Shown here: positions 12,101 to 25,053 of the stretch, piece by piece
How the letters are laid out: the number at the start of each line of letters is the position of its first letter
Numbering within the stretch: the first letter of the stretch is position 1
Assembly (NCBI GenBank): GCA_965178125.1
Contig: OZ237749.1
Span: 744,001 to 808,000, forward strand
Length of the DNA: 64,000 bases
Source of the DNA: Bilabrum cf. latius
Taxonomy: Eukaryota
Direction: 5' to 3'
Notes under the pieces: model-generated
Database searches by the model: none
What the model was told of the DNA's origin: nothing
Seen by the model: the letters and a program-made list of their open reading frames with translations, nothing else
Position numbers and translations under genes: made by a program

Positions 12101-15100
12101 AGCTTCATTGCGAGCACTTGGAAATTACACGTTAGCTCTGAACTGACACGGTTCTTCTCTCAAGGTGCGAGCATGTTGCATGCCCGTGCTCCAAGTAGTT
12201 CAGACCATGGAGAACAGCTGGCTACCCGTTTTGACCGAATCACGTCCGGGCCAGCAGCGGCTGCCTCGGCGGCTAGCCACGTGCTACACTCGCACCACCC
12301 CCTTGCAAGAAGATCAAGAGGCATAAGTCTGCTCGCCAAGCTTCAGCAAGCCTCATCGACGACAGCTTCCTCGTATCGAGCAGCCCTGGTGTCAGTTGCA
12401 GCGACCGGAGCGGAAGCTAGCCTTGACGGCGCGGGGTCTGCGGAAGCGGTTTCGAGACATAGCGGTAGGCTTGGACAGACTATCGGGAGCAGAGCTTGGA
12501 GCCATGATTCTCATGAAAGTGGCGGGGATCTATTGATACGAGATGCCCTGGATGAGACTTCGTCTGAGGAAGAGTGGGCCGATGCATGTGAGGCCTGGTG
12601 GGAAGCTGAGGGCAGGCTGCTGTACCAAGAAGAACAAGCACGATTGACTGGATTGCACGACGGTGGTATGGATCATGATTCTCCATCTACTTCCGATACA
12701 AGCTCAGGAAGTAGCGATGTCGATACCAGCGGGGGAAGCGATGACAGCGCGGCAGATGTTGCCAAGGTTCCGGCCAGCGATGCGACAGCCCATGCCTCAA
12801 CAGAATACGACGGCTGGACCATGGTATCAAAGCAACCTCTCCTTCGTGCAGATAAGCGCATGTACTCTCCATCTGGCGCCTACGCTGCACCTGACCTGAA
12901 CCACGATCTGTTTGAGATTGCGCCGTCGCTTGTGTCGGTGTAGTAGGGGTATCAGACTGACGATGATAGGGAGCTACACGCAGAGTGGGGCCTCGACGAC
13001 CGCCGGCGACTAAACGAGGAGTATGGATCGTATCTTATCAGTAGGCAGTACTACGGTCCATTTGTGCCTTGCCCAGCCACAGAATCTTTACAGTCGTCGC
13101 CTGCCGTAATCGAGTAGCTCGCCAGATCTGCATCGCGCATCCTGTCACGAATTCGGCAAGATGACCTAGAGAGATCTGCAAAGCTCCGTGGTGATTCATA
13201 GTCCAGCGTGGCAATACGCGCACGTGCCATCTTGATGAGCTCTATATTCGGTATCGAGCGTGATGAGCGCGTGCTGCATCGTGTTGTAAAACTCGACTCA
13301 GTCGACCACTTGGCGCTGCTGGAGGACCTCGCTGTTCATAATATAGGTGCGGGTCCTGACGGCGTAAGCCTGTCGCCTGCTCGTAATCGAGCTAAGTCAA
13401 GCTATGGACCTCGCCACTCCGGAAATGTGTCAGCTGCCAGTGGTTTGTCGAGCAATGCAACCCACACCACAGGCGCGGACGATCAAGCCTCGAGATCACG
13501 AGGGGAGTCGTCCCCTGTGCAGCGGAAGCGAGCTCGAGTGATGTCATGCGATGCGACTTTAGAGGATAGCGATGCTGAGCACTATCTTGAGCGTCAAGTG
13601 GGTTCAGGACTTGTTCACTCTGTGCTGGAGCGAATGCTAGTACTGTGCCCTCATGGGTATGAGCGGATGCTCCAATTTTGTCCGGATGAAGAGTAGCCAG
13701 ATAAAGTCAATGTGGGCACCCTGGGCGAACTCACCATGCAGGTTTATGAACGTTCATCTCGACTGCAATCTACCCATGAATTATATAGTCTGATTTAGCT
13801 AGCTCGCTGCTTGGCTGGACAGCCACTGGGCCAGAGGACCGATTGGCATTTGGCATTGCGAAGTTCGATTCTTGAGGGAGCCGCTGCACACCAGGTCAAA
13901 GATTCTGTCTGGAGATGCGCTCCACTGATCACTTCCATCTGTCTGTATGGAGGTCGCAGTCATAATCCACGGCCACGGATGGATAGATAGCCGTCCGTAT
14001 TATCGAAGGGGGAGAGTGGTTCCAAACCTTCCGGAACCGACCGTCAGCCACAGGTACTACTGGATTTGCCTCCTAGCATCCGTTGGCTGGTGCTGGATAG
14101 TACCCGTCCAGAAGCTGCACAAGCAGCGGTGGAAGTCTCTGTGCCTCTATCGTGGTCAAGCGCATTCCAGTACAGTCTGGCGATGCATGTACCTGCGCTC
14201 AGGTCTCGAGTAGTGCAGCATCATTCAACACTGAATTGTGCCCTTCCATACCCTGTTTTTCTGCTTCGTGGTATTGTCGGGTTAAGCTGCCGCTAGCAAT
14301 TCCTAGGCGCAAAGTGGTGCAAACGGCTGTCTGCCCTGATCTTGCGTAAGAAGAAGTATTTCTCCGTTGCAGTGCAGGACGGGTTCATGCATGCATCTGG
14401 GGCAGTTCATAGAGCAACCTCTAGTGCAGCTGACAGATTGGGGGAAGCAAGAGGTTCGTTTGCGTCCTCATCTGTGTCGCATAGAAGATCATAGTCTGGT
14501 GCAGCTTTCCGGTCGAGAACAGAACCCTCAGACGGTACTGCATCGGATCTTCGCACTGGCTTTGTAATACCGCAGATGAAAGTAGATGAATTTCTGGCTC
14601 GAGTTCGCAGTACCAGTGCAGCAGACAATTCGAGTGCCCTGTCCGAATCTGCTGCTGTCGCGTCTTCAGCCGTAGGCCACCGAGGCAGCGCGCACACCGA
14701 CGCAGCCAAGTACTTTCCGCGGCATTCCTAGGTTAGTCGGCTATCAGCAGCCTCATCGCGGAAGCAGTCTGATCCTGTGGTCCTCGCGCATCCAGGTAGA
14801 GCTGCCGATATTGCAGCCTTGGCAAAGCTGCCTCAGCTGGTACTGCCTCCGGTGCCCAGCGTCCGTAAGTCGCACCACCTCCTTTCCGACTTGTCTGCTT
14901 GCGAATTGGGTTGCAAGGATCCGTTTGATCTGCTACAGGGGGCATGGTTGGTGCCACTAAAAACCACGTAGCGGATGAATGCGCTCAGTGAAAGCTGGGA
15001 CCGCATGAGACCTGGACTGGCACACGTGGATGTTAGCTACAGCTACGGCCTTAGACACCTAGATCTGACCAAGTGCTCGCTGGGTGATGAACTAGCGGCC

Positions 15101-18100
15101 ATGGTGCTTCAGGCATGCTGCAGTAGCGAAACACTACTCAGCATCGATTTGTCGGTGAACGAGATCGGGCCTCTTGCACCCAGGACACTAGGTGCATTGA
15201 TTGGAGCAGATGGGCTGCTGCGTCGCTCCTCCACCCTGAGAGCGCTCCATCTGACGGATAACTCGCTGTCAGACGAGTTTTGCGCAAGGCTATTTGCTGC
15301 ATTGTCCAACCAGCGGGGATCAATGTCTAATCCGCTTCTGCAGGCCTGTCGGCACGTGTCAGTTGCCGGAAAGCGTCTGCATGAGAGCGTACTACAAGCG
15401 AGCAGAGTTGATTAGGAAGGGAATCATGAGGATAGGGCTAGCCCGAGTCGAGCGAGCCCGGCCCTCTCCATCCGGGCCCGAGCGGAACGAACGAGGGACC
15501 CGGCACGTGTTTCACAGGGAACAGAGACTCTGCGACACATTCGATATGGTTTGCTCCGCTCCATGTCCACCACTGCATTCTCTGCGAGCAACCGTGCCAA
15601 GAGAGGCAAATCGCGCGGATCAGCCAGATTGCCGTCTCCAGACGCCTTTGACGTACGATAGTCGCCTGAGCATGCCCACAGAAGTCCGAGTTGGTCGGGC
15701 ACTAAGGAGTTGCTAGACTTGAGAGATTCCCATTCACCTAGCTATACCCTTGCGCTGGCTGCCAGATGGTACCAAATGAACGTGTCGACTTGCGCCCCAA
15801 AGCCTACATAGTCAAGACGTGCGAAGCTGAGCCCGATTTCCGCTCCCTTGACCGTGCTAGATTTACGTGAGAATCGCATTGGAAAAGTACCGACTGTGGC
15901 TCGCGGAAGGACTCCAACAAATCTCAATGGTCGCCTTACTCCAGCTGAGCAAGCGCTTGTCCGCCTTGTTTCCAAGAATCGCGTTCTGCGAGAACTCCAG
16001 TTGCAAGGCAACCGTCTGTCGTCAGAGGCTGGAGTGCGACTCTGTCAAGCAATTGAGCGAAAGAATACAACGCTTTGGTTCTGCAGAATGGCAGGAAACC
16101 CATCGGTTTCGATGCGGGATCGTAGGCGCGTGGCAAACTGCCTCCGAGTGAACAGGTCACAATGGATGCAAGCGGCTACAGGCATTTGTGTATAGCGAAC
16201 CACTCCCTATGGTGAGAAGAGCAGCATGGCCTGTGGCTCAAATTCCAATCTGAAAGAGGCGGCCGCGCCTCGGGAGAGGCAAGTATCTCCGATTGGCTCA
16301 GACACAGCAGCATCCTCGGAGATTGCGCACGATCTGCTTGATTCGCCAGAGAAAAGGTAGTCAGCGGTTGTGGAGGATTCAACAGGCACTGCTGCACCAA
16401 ACGTAGCGGGGCAAAGTTCGTACGTAGAGCCCGGCGAATTTTGGGAATCGAAAGCGCTGGAAGGGTTTTCCTCGAGCGATGCGACTGCAGCACAGCCGAT
16501 CGGATCGTGGCAACATGTTGACACCGAGATGCCACTAACCAGCTTGGCCGCAGTTCCTGGGACAAAGTCATACAAAGAATCCCTTGATAGCCCTCCGAGT
16601 TCATCTCCGATCCAATTTGATTCACCGAGGCTTGTATCGGTAGTCTTTGCAATGCCGCTGCGCGCGTACGGGTCTAAAGGAGCCAAAACGCAGGTGCGTA
16701 TCCGCCGATGGGACGTCGAAGATGAGAGAAAGCAAATCCACGCCGCATGCAGGAAAAACTCATCAAACCAGAAGATCATGACATAGTTCTGTTTTGGACA
16801 CCAAAATGTCCTGGAGCAAGTGATCGCTCAGGGATGCAGAGTTCTTGTCCTGTCCGGGCACAGCAACGGCGCTTGCATGTATTTGGAGGGACCGTGTGGA
16901 GGTGCCATTGCCTATGATCTTGGTTAGCTCGAGCGTGAGCTCCAAGAAATAAAAGCACACAACTCTGGTCGCATAAAGATTGATATGGTGATCATCTCTA
17001 TGTGCCAGTCTGCCAGTATTGGCAGGATATTTGAGGCAGCGGGTATCCCTCACGTGGTTTGCATCAACCAAGACTTTCGTGTCCGGTCCCAATCAGCTGT
17101 GCGGTTTACGGCAAGCATCATCAGTTTGCTAGCTCAATCGAATACAGTTGCTGAAGCATTTCGAAAGGCTGTCCACATTGTTGAAAGGGATCCTATGCTC
17201 GGCGTGCAAGAGGGAAAGAGGTAGGCAGCAAGCTTTTTGTTGCTACCTGACGGCGGTGCATCTGCCGCTGGCCAACTTGTGACGCAAGGGTGGGGAAGTC
17301 GCGTTAGAACTGACCGTCCATTTGATGCCAACAGCGATTCTGACGATGATGTGGCTGTGACTTCGGGGGCTGGTGAAGGGCCTGACAACGGTGCTGGACC
17401 TGCACCATTACCCAGGCAACATGACAGAATATTGTTCGGTTCCTGCCGTGCAAGCTTGGCCAACAGTTTGGCTCAGGATGCCCAGCAAAGACGGGAGCAG
17501 CTAGAGCGGGGCGTGAAGCCGTCCGATGCCTAGTAGATCGCTGGGTGGCTGACTGGGCAGCTGGGTGCCCCAACCATTGCCCAAGAACTGCTGCCGTACG
17601 AGCACCAGGCGGGGTCTTCTGCGTATAGCCGCGATGCTGTGCTCGAATAGGATGTTTCTGCACCAGATTCAATAGTGAAAATTCTCGCCCGTGCTGTAGG
17701 CTCACGATCATCGGCTGAGGGATCTGTTCCAGTTCCCGCTGGCACCCTAGAAGACGGAGGCTCGTCGTTCAGGCCTCTCCTCCAGGGCATTCCAAAGCCC
17801 AAGTCTCACATCGTTGGGCGAGAACTCGAAGTTCGCTCCGTCCTGGAGCTAGTAAGTAAGACCAAATTTGGCCTTGTAACGATGCACGGGCACGCATAGA
17901 TTGGCAAGAGCACTTTGGCAGTGTTGGTATCGTAGTATGTTGCCGAGCGCGGGGGGTGTGGTTTATTTGATGATGGAGTCTACTTTATCAATTTTCTGAG
18001 CAGCAGTAAAGCCTCAATAGTTGATACACTGCTTGAGGCTCTCGTAGGAAGACGACTTGCCCATAGCTTGCGGGCTCATGAAGCGCCGAACCATGCCTCC

Positions 18101-19351
18101 AGCCGCGGTGTAGAGTTCAGCAAGCTGCAAGCTGCGTCCGGTAGGCCTGCCCCGATCCATACCGATCGCTCGGCTGGTGAGCCTTCCCGTAGCACCTTGT
18201 AGGCTGCGAACAGGACTGATTGTGCGGACAAACCGATGCATGGCGCCTTGGCCCGGGTGAGGGCGCAAGATACCAGTCGTCGCAGCCGTGCGTGGACCGA
18301 TACAGAGGTTGGCTCGGCTGCGAGCCCACTTGAGCTGGATCGGGTCGATGGGACTGGTCGTCGACAGTCCCATTTCCCTAGTACGGCGGTCCCACCAGAC
18401 AGGGCGCACTTTGGCAAGTCTGTTTCGGCGCGACCAGGCGAGGAGCCGGTTGAGGAGCTAGACCGGATGCAGCTGGTTGTAGATCTCTTGAAAGATAGAC
18501 GCTGCATGCTCGTGCTTGACAACTGCGACGCGCGAGACGACCATGAGCTGCTTAATGTTGTAAAGCATGTTACGCAGGCTGCCACAGGTGTTTTGTTGCT
18601 TGCTACTCGTCGGTACCCCTTCGTTCCGACGCTTTCAGACAGTTCGCTGACGCCGCAGGACGCTGAGGGCAGCAAAGGTGCGCAGGGCTAGCATATCGGA
18701 GCCAGTGCTGCAGTCTCACCTGCAAGTGGCCCGGGTATGTCACGTATATCTTCTACGCAGTGGTGGCCAGATGAGAAAACGTACCGCGTCGACGCGATGC
18801 CACTGCACGACCTTCGAAGACTAGCTGAGCGAGTCCTCGGGCGCACGGGTCTTTCTGCCTTGAACGGCGAAGGAGGCCTTCAATTGCTACACGGACCAGG
18901 CAGCGATGATGCTCGAACTGACACTCTTGATCGCATGGTGAAGTCTAGCGGAGGCAACCCTCAAAAACTTGTGCAAGACGCCGAGCAAATCAAGAAGGCA
19001 TGCAGCACCGTCCAAGTTGAGCTAGATGAGCACTTGACGCCGAAAGACACGGGGGAGGCATATTCCATGCCTGGGACTAGCGGAGCAGTAGCGAACACCT
19101 GGCTTGAGCAAGAGAGGCTGCAGGTCCATGCAGCTGCAGCTGCTGTCGGCGCCCAATCCCAAGCACCCCGCGCCGCGAACCCGAGCATGAGACAGGTCAG
19201 CACAACTTCAGAAGCTCCACAACTTGGTGACATTGGCGACGGGACGGGTCTAGCAGAAGGCAGTCACCGGCATGCTCTGGGCATACCATGGACACCTTTG
19301 AAGCCCGCCGGCGTGTCTGATGGGGAGAGCAGTGGCGGTTATGGGCAATGA
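6104..19351 (+). CDS. Giant intronless protein, about 4,415 aa: UIM/MIU-like motifs, ARM-like repeats, RI-type LRRs, CHAT (caspase-like) domain, STAND/NB-ARC-like NTPase
   Basis: One frame from ATG 6104 to TGA 19349-19351 with about 50 TAGs and no TAA/TGA in the gaps I read between track ORFs. ARM-like IGD*GAVPVLCRLV; LRRs LRHLDLTKCSLG, LLSIDLSVNEIG, LRALHLTDNSL, LTVLDLRENRIG, LRELQLQGNRL; CHAT VLVLSGH and VIISMCQS; Walker A GHA*IGKST; Walker B MLVLDNCD. Confidence 0.85.
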
Positions 19352-19515
19352 CGTGGGACTCGCTTGTACACAATTTGCAGTCCGTGTGATTTTCAAATTT
19401 GGATTTGTCTATAATTTTTGACCGGAATACAATTTTATGTTTATTGTTGGTCTTTCAAGAGGCTCTTAGTCGCTCATCTAAATGCCTGTACCAGTCCGCG
19501 GGGCCCGAGTGCCTC

Positions 19516-22500
19516 TCAGTCTGCCCCGCTCCCGAACGTTTTCAAGAGGTGAGCTCTAAACTTGAGCCTCATCGAGAAGTTGTAGTCCTTGGCGAACCCT
19601 GTGGCACAATTAAGCGATTGTGCGCGCGCGTCAGCCCCCCTGGACGCCAGGCATGCCAGCTCATAGTGAGCGTACGGAATAGCAAAAGAATCACGAGATG
19701 CGCGGCCTCCAAGGCCCACGGCTCCACGAAGACACGCCTCTGCGTCTACCTCATGCCCAAGCAACCCGAGTACCGCTCCACGCAGCAGGAGAGCCACTGC
19801 CAGGTCGCTGGCAAAGGCTTCAGCAACCAGCCGTCGTCCGCACGCACTGTCTATGGCTGCCTGCACTGCTGTCAAGGAACCTGGTGCACCGGGGCCAGAA
19901 GAGCCACTAAATGCAGCCAGTGCGTCTGAGCCACACGGAGAACCGGACAGGGCAGCCAGCACGAACTCAAGTACAGTGGTTGCTGCCACTGGCTGCAACT
20001 ACTCCTTAGCGATACCTGCCGCTACACTGGATCCATCGCTAGGTTCAGCGCCGAGCGAAGAGTTTGAAGCGCCGTACGATAGGCCGCCTGCCTTGAGGAC
20101 GGCCCTGGCTGCATCTCCACACAGCAGGTGCAGCAAGTATGAATCGATCACAGACAAGTACCTCAACTGCATCGATCTAGACACCTACCCAAAGGCGTTC
20201 CAGAGGTACAGCAATTCTAGCGCAGCCATGGTACAGCCTGGGTGGATGCCACTTTCGGGCGAATCTGAGTCAGCGACTGGCTGGCTCCACACGCTACCAC
20301 CAAATCCTTTAGAGTCCGGGCGCGCACTCACACCTTGCGCCTGGACCAGCTCAGACGCGCGTTTTTGCGCATACTACTCTGCGGATATAAGCTTCCCGCC
20401 CAATTTTCGCTCAAGGAGCCCTGCCACAGCCGGCGCGAGCTCGCTAGCGGCTTGGCTGACCTTGCCCATGCCCAGGGCACACACGATCTTCATGTGCTGG
20501 TAGAATGCCCGGGACCACGTGTTCTCTTTGGATAACCTGTCAAACTACGCGCTTGCTTCGCTAAAGCGCAGCAGTGACATGTTGCACAGCCCTGATTCGT
20601 ACAAGACGACGTGTTCAAGCTGCTTGGGCAGGGGTTCGCCCGGCAGTGGTCCGGCCGAGTCGCCTGGGCCAGCCGCCGCCCCACCAGCTCCACCAGACGC
20701 CGCCCCCGTTTCGGCAGAGGTGATCCCTTGATCTGTGGATCGTACCGGCTTAGTCGTTCCACCGTGGTTCGATATCATTTCAAATACCCTCTGCGCGTCT
20801 TCCGGTCGTCCCAGCATTCGCAATAGCCGGCCACCGAGCCACAGGAAGATGACGCTGGAGGGGTACATGTAAAGCACGTGCGCCATGATGTGCTCGGCTT
20901 CCTTGAGTCTAGTTCTGGCACTAGGGGGGAGGAATCCCGGGATGAGTACCTCTGCGATCAGGATGACGAGGGATGCGAGCGGGGAGCGCACCCCTCCAGC
21001 CCGCACCGTGCGGCGCAGGAGGCGCAGCCCAAGCTTGCGATCGTGAGGATACCCAAGCAAGTCCACGAGTCGAAGAACAATTGGCGGCATTGCAGAAGCA
21101 AATATATTGAACACGCCGAGCCCGAAGGATATCCCGCTGGCGACTGACCGAGAAAGTCCCATTCGCTCGCCGGCCTCGACGGCCCTCTCCAGCCGCTCAA
21201 AATGATCCACAGCAGACCGAAGCCCTGATGCTTCTTCAGAAGATCTGGGCGCAGAATCGCTCTTGGAAGCCGCTGCGGACGAGCCACCTGTCGCAGAATC
21301 AACCGCAGGGCTTTCAGCTTTCGAGTCGTAGGCCCTTGCTGATTCGATATCTCGTGGCACCCCGCTGCCGCTGCCCAACCCTCCGCCGCGAATGCGCGCA
21401 CCCTCAGCTCCATCCGCCGCTGATATCGCGCCTGTAAGGATTGAAATTATGTCATCCTTGGCATGGGGCAAGTCTCCAAGGTCATCATTGTCCTCTGCTG
21501 CACCCTCTGCAGAGCTGGCGTCTGCCCAAGCGTACTTGAGGTCGTCGAGCCCTGCCTGTGAGGTGACCTTTAGCAGCTTCGCCTCTGCCTCTTTGTAGAA
21601 CAAATAGGCAGAGCGTACGGATAGCCCGGCGCGCAAAATACCAACCGCGGTTTCCTGCATGAGGTACATGGCAGCGAGAATGAGGGAAGTCTCGGCCCTC
21701 ACGAGGAGGCTCTCTATCTCTGTGCCTGCCCTAGCGAGAGGCTTGCTACTTCCTTTCAGTGCTGCGGTGCCGTCGTCAGTGGCGCCTACGAGCCACATGA
21801 GCCCGCCTACTACGCCTTTACCCTCCCCAGCTACTGGACTAGCGTCTTTGGCGACCTGATGCGCCGCGTGCAGCATTGTGATGGCCTTATCGACGTCGCT
21901 GCGGCGCCAGGTCAGAATGGCACGCATGTACGCAAGCGTGCTCTGCCCAAGTGCAAATAGGGGGATCCGATCGCTTTGGCGCGCAAAGAAGCCCTCGCTG
22001 GCGGCAAATCTATTCAAGAAGAACAGTCCAACGCCGAACTCCCCCGCTACATTCGCGAGCACCGTGTTGCTCGCGTCAATTCGGGCCGACGTCAAGCTTG
22101 CACCTGGTACTACTACACCCGGACTCATGACAGTTCCTGGCGGGCACTTTGAAAGCAGCTCCCGGATGCCTCTCTCGTTTCGTTCTAGGTCAGATTTTGC
22201 TGGTGCTGCCTCTTTCTCATCATCAACTGCGAGTGCCCCGTCAGACATTACTTTCAGCGTGAAGGCAACTGACGCTTCATACAAGTAGGCCGAGGAGTTG
22301 TCAACCTAAACAATAAGATTGCCTCCCGATTGCGTCGGAAGTAGGCATACGCCGGCTAGAGGAGCCTCCTATGCCTTGCATTGGAGCGAGGCTAATTCAG
22401 TAGAAGCCGACCCTGATGCGCTTGAATGCTTCAGCCGAATCCAAACATCATGGGTCCTATTGATAAATGCCTGTGCCCATGAGAATAAGCTCAGGACTCA

Positions 22501-22682
22501 AGCTTGTGCTTAGTCTCGGTTGAGAGGAGGTTGGAACATAGGCTTAGCAAACTCACCCATTCCACGATCTCGGACTCCGGCGCAAGTGGGTGCTAGGAAA
22601 CACACTGAGTACCTGCTGGACACTTAATAGTCCCGCTATATTCTGAGTTCATCGGCTGTGCCTCTGGTGTATGTAGATCCAT
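19516..22682 (-). CDS. TTC39: TTC39/Iml2-family TPR protein with a probable N-terminal GOLD-like domain, about 1,026 aa; exons 22682-22557, 22470-19516
   Basis: Motifs LFFLNRF, FGLGVFNIFASAMPPIVLRLVDLLGY, ENTWSRAFY, KLGGKLISAE*YA, LELLYLWNAFG*, AIPYAHYELA and KDYNFSMRLKFRAH. TAGs at 19999, 20185, 20374, 20545 and further upstream are read through; ends in TGA. Confidence 0.85.
22471..22556 (-). other. Spliceosomal intron in TTC39, 86 nt, phase 0
   Basis: TGG|GTGAGT...GCACAG|GCA. Removes an in-frame TGA and yields the GOLD-like IVEW|AFINRTHDVWIRL. Confidence 0.75.
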
Positions 22683-22768
22683 GCACGCGAAGTTTCTCCA
22701 GTCATTCTGTACTTGGTTCTCATCCTCGATACCGAATTCACGGACGGCACAATTGTAGAGCCTTCAAG

Positions 22769-24948
22769 ATGGGGAAGATTCGAGTAAGCTATAAGCTCCA
22801 TGCATAATATTGCGTGTCCCCGATGCAGTTCAATCAAGCATAGAAATATTGCATTTCAGAGCTCAATCCTGAATCAATATCTCGCAGAAAACAAAGGACA
22901 GGATGTTCATATCACAAAAGGAGTGGAAAGAGCACCACGGGGGTGCTAAAGGTTCAGTTTCAGATGAGGCTCAGCGGCAGCAAGATCTGAAGCGTCAACG
23001 GGTTGCAATCGACGCTTGCGGACTGTCGCTTGCTCCATGCTAGGCTCCAGTCGCTACAAGGATTGGGCACCCGATTCTATACGATTTGCAGAACATTATA
23101 AGGTATGTGAAAAGTCACAGAAAGGATCCAGTGTCAGGTCGGCCCCTTTCAGGCCGTGATCTTGTCCGCGTGCGTTTTACTCGGGGCGAAGATGGCCACT
23201 ACATTTGCCCCGCTACTCGAAAGCCTATAGGGCCTCTTTCGAAGGCATAGATTGTGCTCACCACGGGGAGGGTTTACCTTGCCGATGCCCTGGATGCTCT
23301 ATGCTTCAAGACGAAGTCTTTCCTCGACCCTGTGGATTCGACGGAATTTGACCCGTCCACGGACCTGCTCACTTTAAACGACCCTTCTGACCCGGCATGG
23401 AGAGACATAAAGCGCTGGTCGGAGGAGTTGGGTGCTCCGTCCAAGTTGGATGAAGGAACAGGCGCCGGGGCGGGATCCGTCCGGAGGATGCCGTCTACCA
23501 AGGGCTCTGGACAAGATGCATCCGTTTCGTCGTCTGCGGCATCCGCAAGCAGCAGCAGCAGCAGCAGCATGAAGCTTGATGCGTCTGCTGTAAGAATTCT
23601 TGAAGAGGTTCGGCAGCGTGCTGCCAAGCGAGCTCGCACGGAAGAATCTGGAGAGATCGAGTCCAGCGGGAGACAAGCAGGAATGGAGGCAGATGATCCG
23701 TTTTCGACCAAGGGTGGGCTCGGGTCCTTTGCACCTGCCCCCAAGCGCCTGAGAATTGCCGCCCCGGTTGCATCGATGGCCGCACCAGATGGGTATGGAG
23801 GAGGCGGCGAAGGCACGGGAGATCCCGAGGCAGAGCGAGTTAGAGCGCTGGAGCTGGGAGATGCGTATCACGTGCCACAAGAGTATGAACGGCCCTCCAG
23901 CGCTGACGTTCGGTCTAGTGGTCCTATATCGCGCGGAGCTGGTTTTACCTCAACTGCCATGGCATCTGCAGGAGAGCAAGCACTGCGCTGCCGCAGCGTG
24001 CGCGAGGTGGTGGGTGCTCGTTTGCAGCGACTGAAGGGTTCAGGGAAGAAGGCGTTCCTGCGGGTGACGATCGGAGCCTCGAGCTGGACTAGGCCGGAGC
24101 CTCGCACGAAAGAGCAGTTGCACAAGGCGGCTGCTGCTGTGGAAGAGGTCCTTGGTACGCTGTCTCTGGAGCTCGACGTTTCGAGTGCCCCACTCACCTG
24201 CCACAACTTCCTGCAGCTGGTCAGGCAGGGCAAATACACCGGGGTTGCCTTCCACAGACTGATTCGAAATTTCATGGTGCAAGGAGGAGACCCGACGGCT
24301 TCTGGCAAGGGTGGGAAGTCGTGGGATGGCGGAAAGTTCTTGGACGAGTGCAGGTAGCGCGGTTCGAATGCTTCGCAGCTGAAGCACACAGAGCGAGGTC
24401 TGCTTTCCATGGCAAATGCTGGTCCGGACACAAACGGATCGCAATTTTTCATTCTGTTTTAGCCGGCACCGCATCTGGATGGCAAGCATACGGTCTTCGG
24501 GAAAGTGGTGGGCGGTTAGTCTACGCTACGTGCGGTAGAACTTCTTCCAACAGGTGACGGCAACAGGCCGAAGCGACGAGTGTGCATGTGCAAGTGGGAA
24601 GTATTCGGGGATCCGTTCATGGACGATGCAAAAGAGAGGCGGCGATCTCTGCCCACATCCACTACAAGTAAAGGTGCCGTCAGCGACCCCAAGCAACCGA
24701 AGATTGCGCCTTCGAGCGATGCTGCAGGGTCGGGAGTCCGGCGGATGGTCGGCGACCGGGTAGCAGCATCGTCTGCGGCATCATCTTCCGCATCGTCTGC
24801 GCCCAGATCTGCGACCCAAGGTCTTCTAACGACGGAAGCATCTCTCTTGTCGTCGCACAGGCCTCGTGGACCAGCTTCTGCTGCATAGCGACCATCAAAG
24901 GCAGCCGGTACCGGGCTTTTGGACGGCGGCATGAATGTGGACTGGTGA
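22769..24948 (+). CDS. PPIL2: U-box cyclophilin PPIL2/Cyp60, about 691 aa; exons 22769-22783, 22888-24948
   Basis: [19 protein letters not shown]-terminus; U-box-like [12 protein letters not shown]...[13 protein letters not shown]...TTGRVY...LTLNDP; cyclophilin [55 protein letters not shown]. Ends in the family-typical terminal Trp followed by TGA. Confidence 0.92.
22784..22887 (+). other. Spliceosomal intron in PPIL2, 104 nt, phase 0
   Basis: CGA|GTAAGC...CTCGCAG|AAA. Restores the conserved MGK...KD-M-(F/Y)-I start. Confidence 0.85.
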
Positions 24949-25053
24949 GTGTGTGGAAGCCGGTGTCTGGTTGGGTGTCAGCGAATGGCTGGAATAACTT
25001 GAGCATGGATTTGTCAACGCAATGCAATTACGGTGGACAGTGAATAAATCCGA

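Noticed and set aside
23548-23568. (AGC)n microsatellite
   Set aside because: Encodes a poly-Ser linker inside PPIL2; ordinary.
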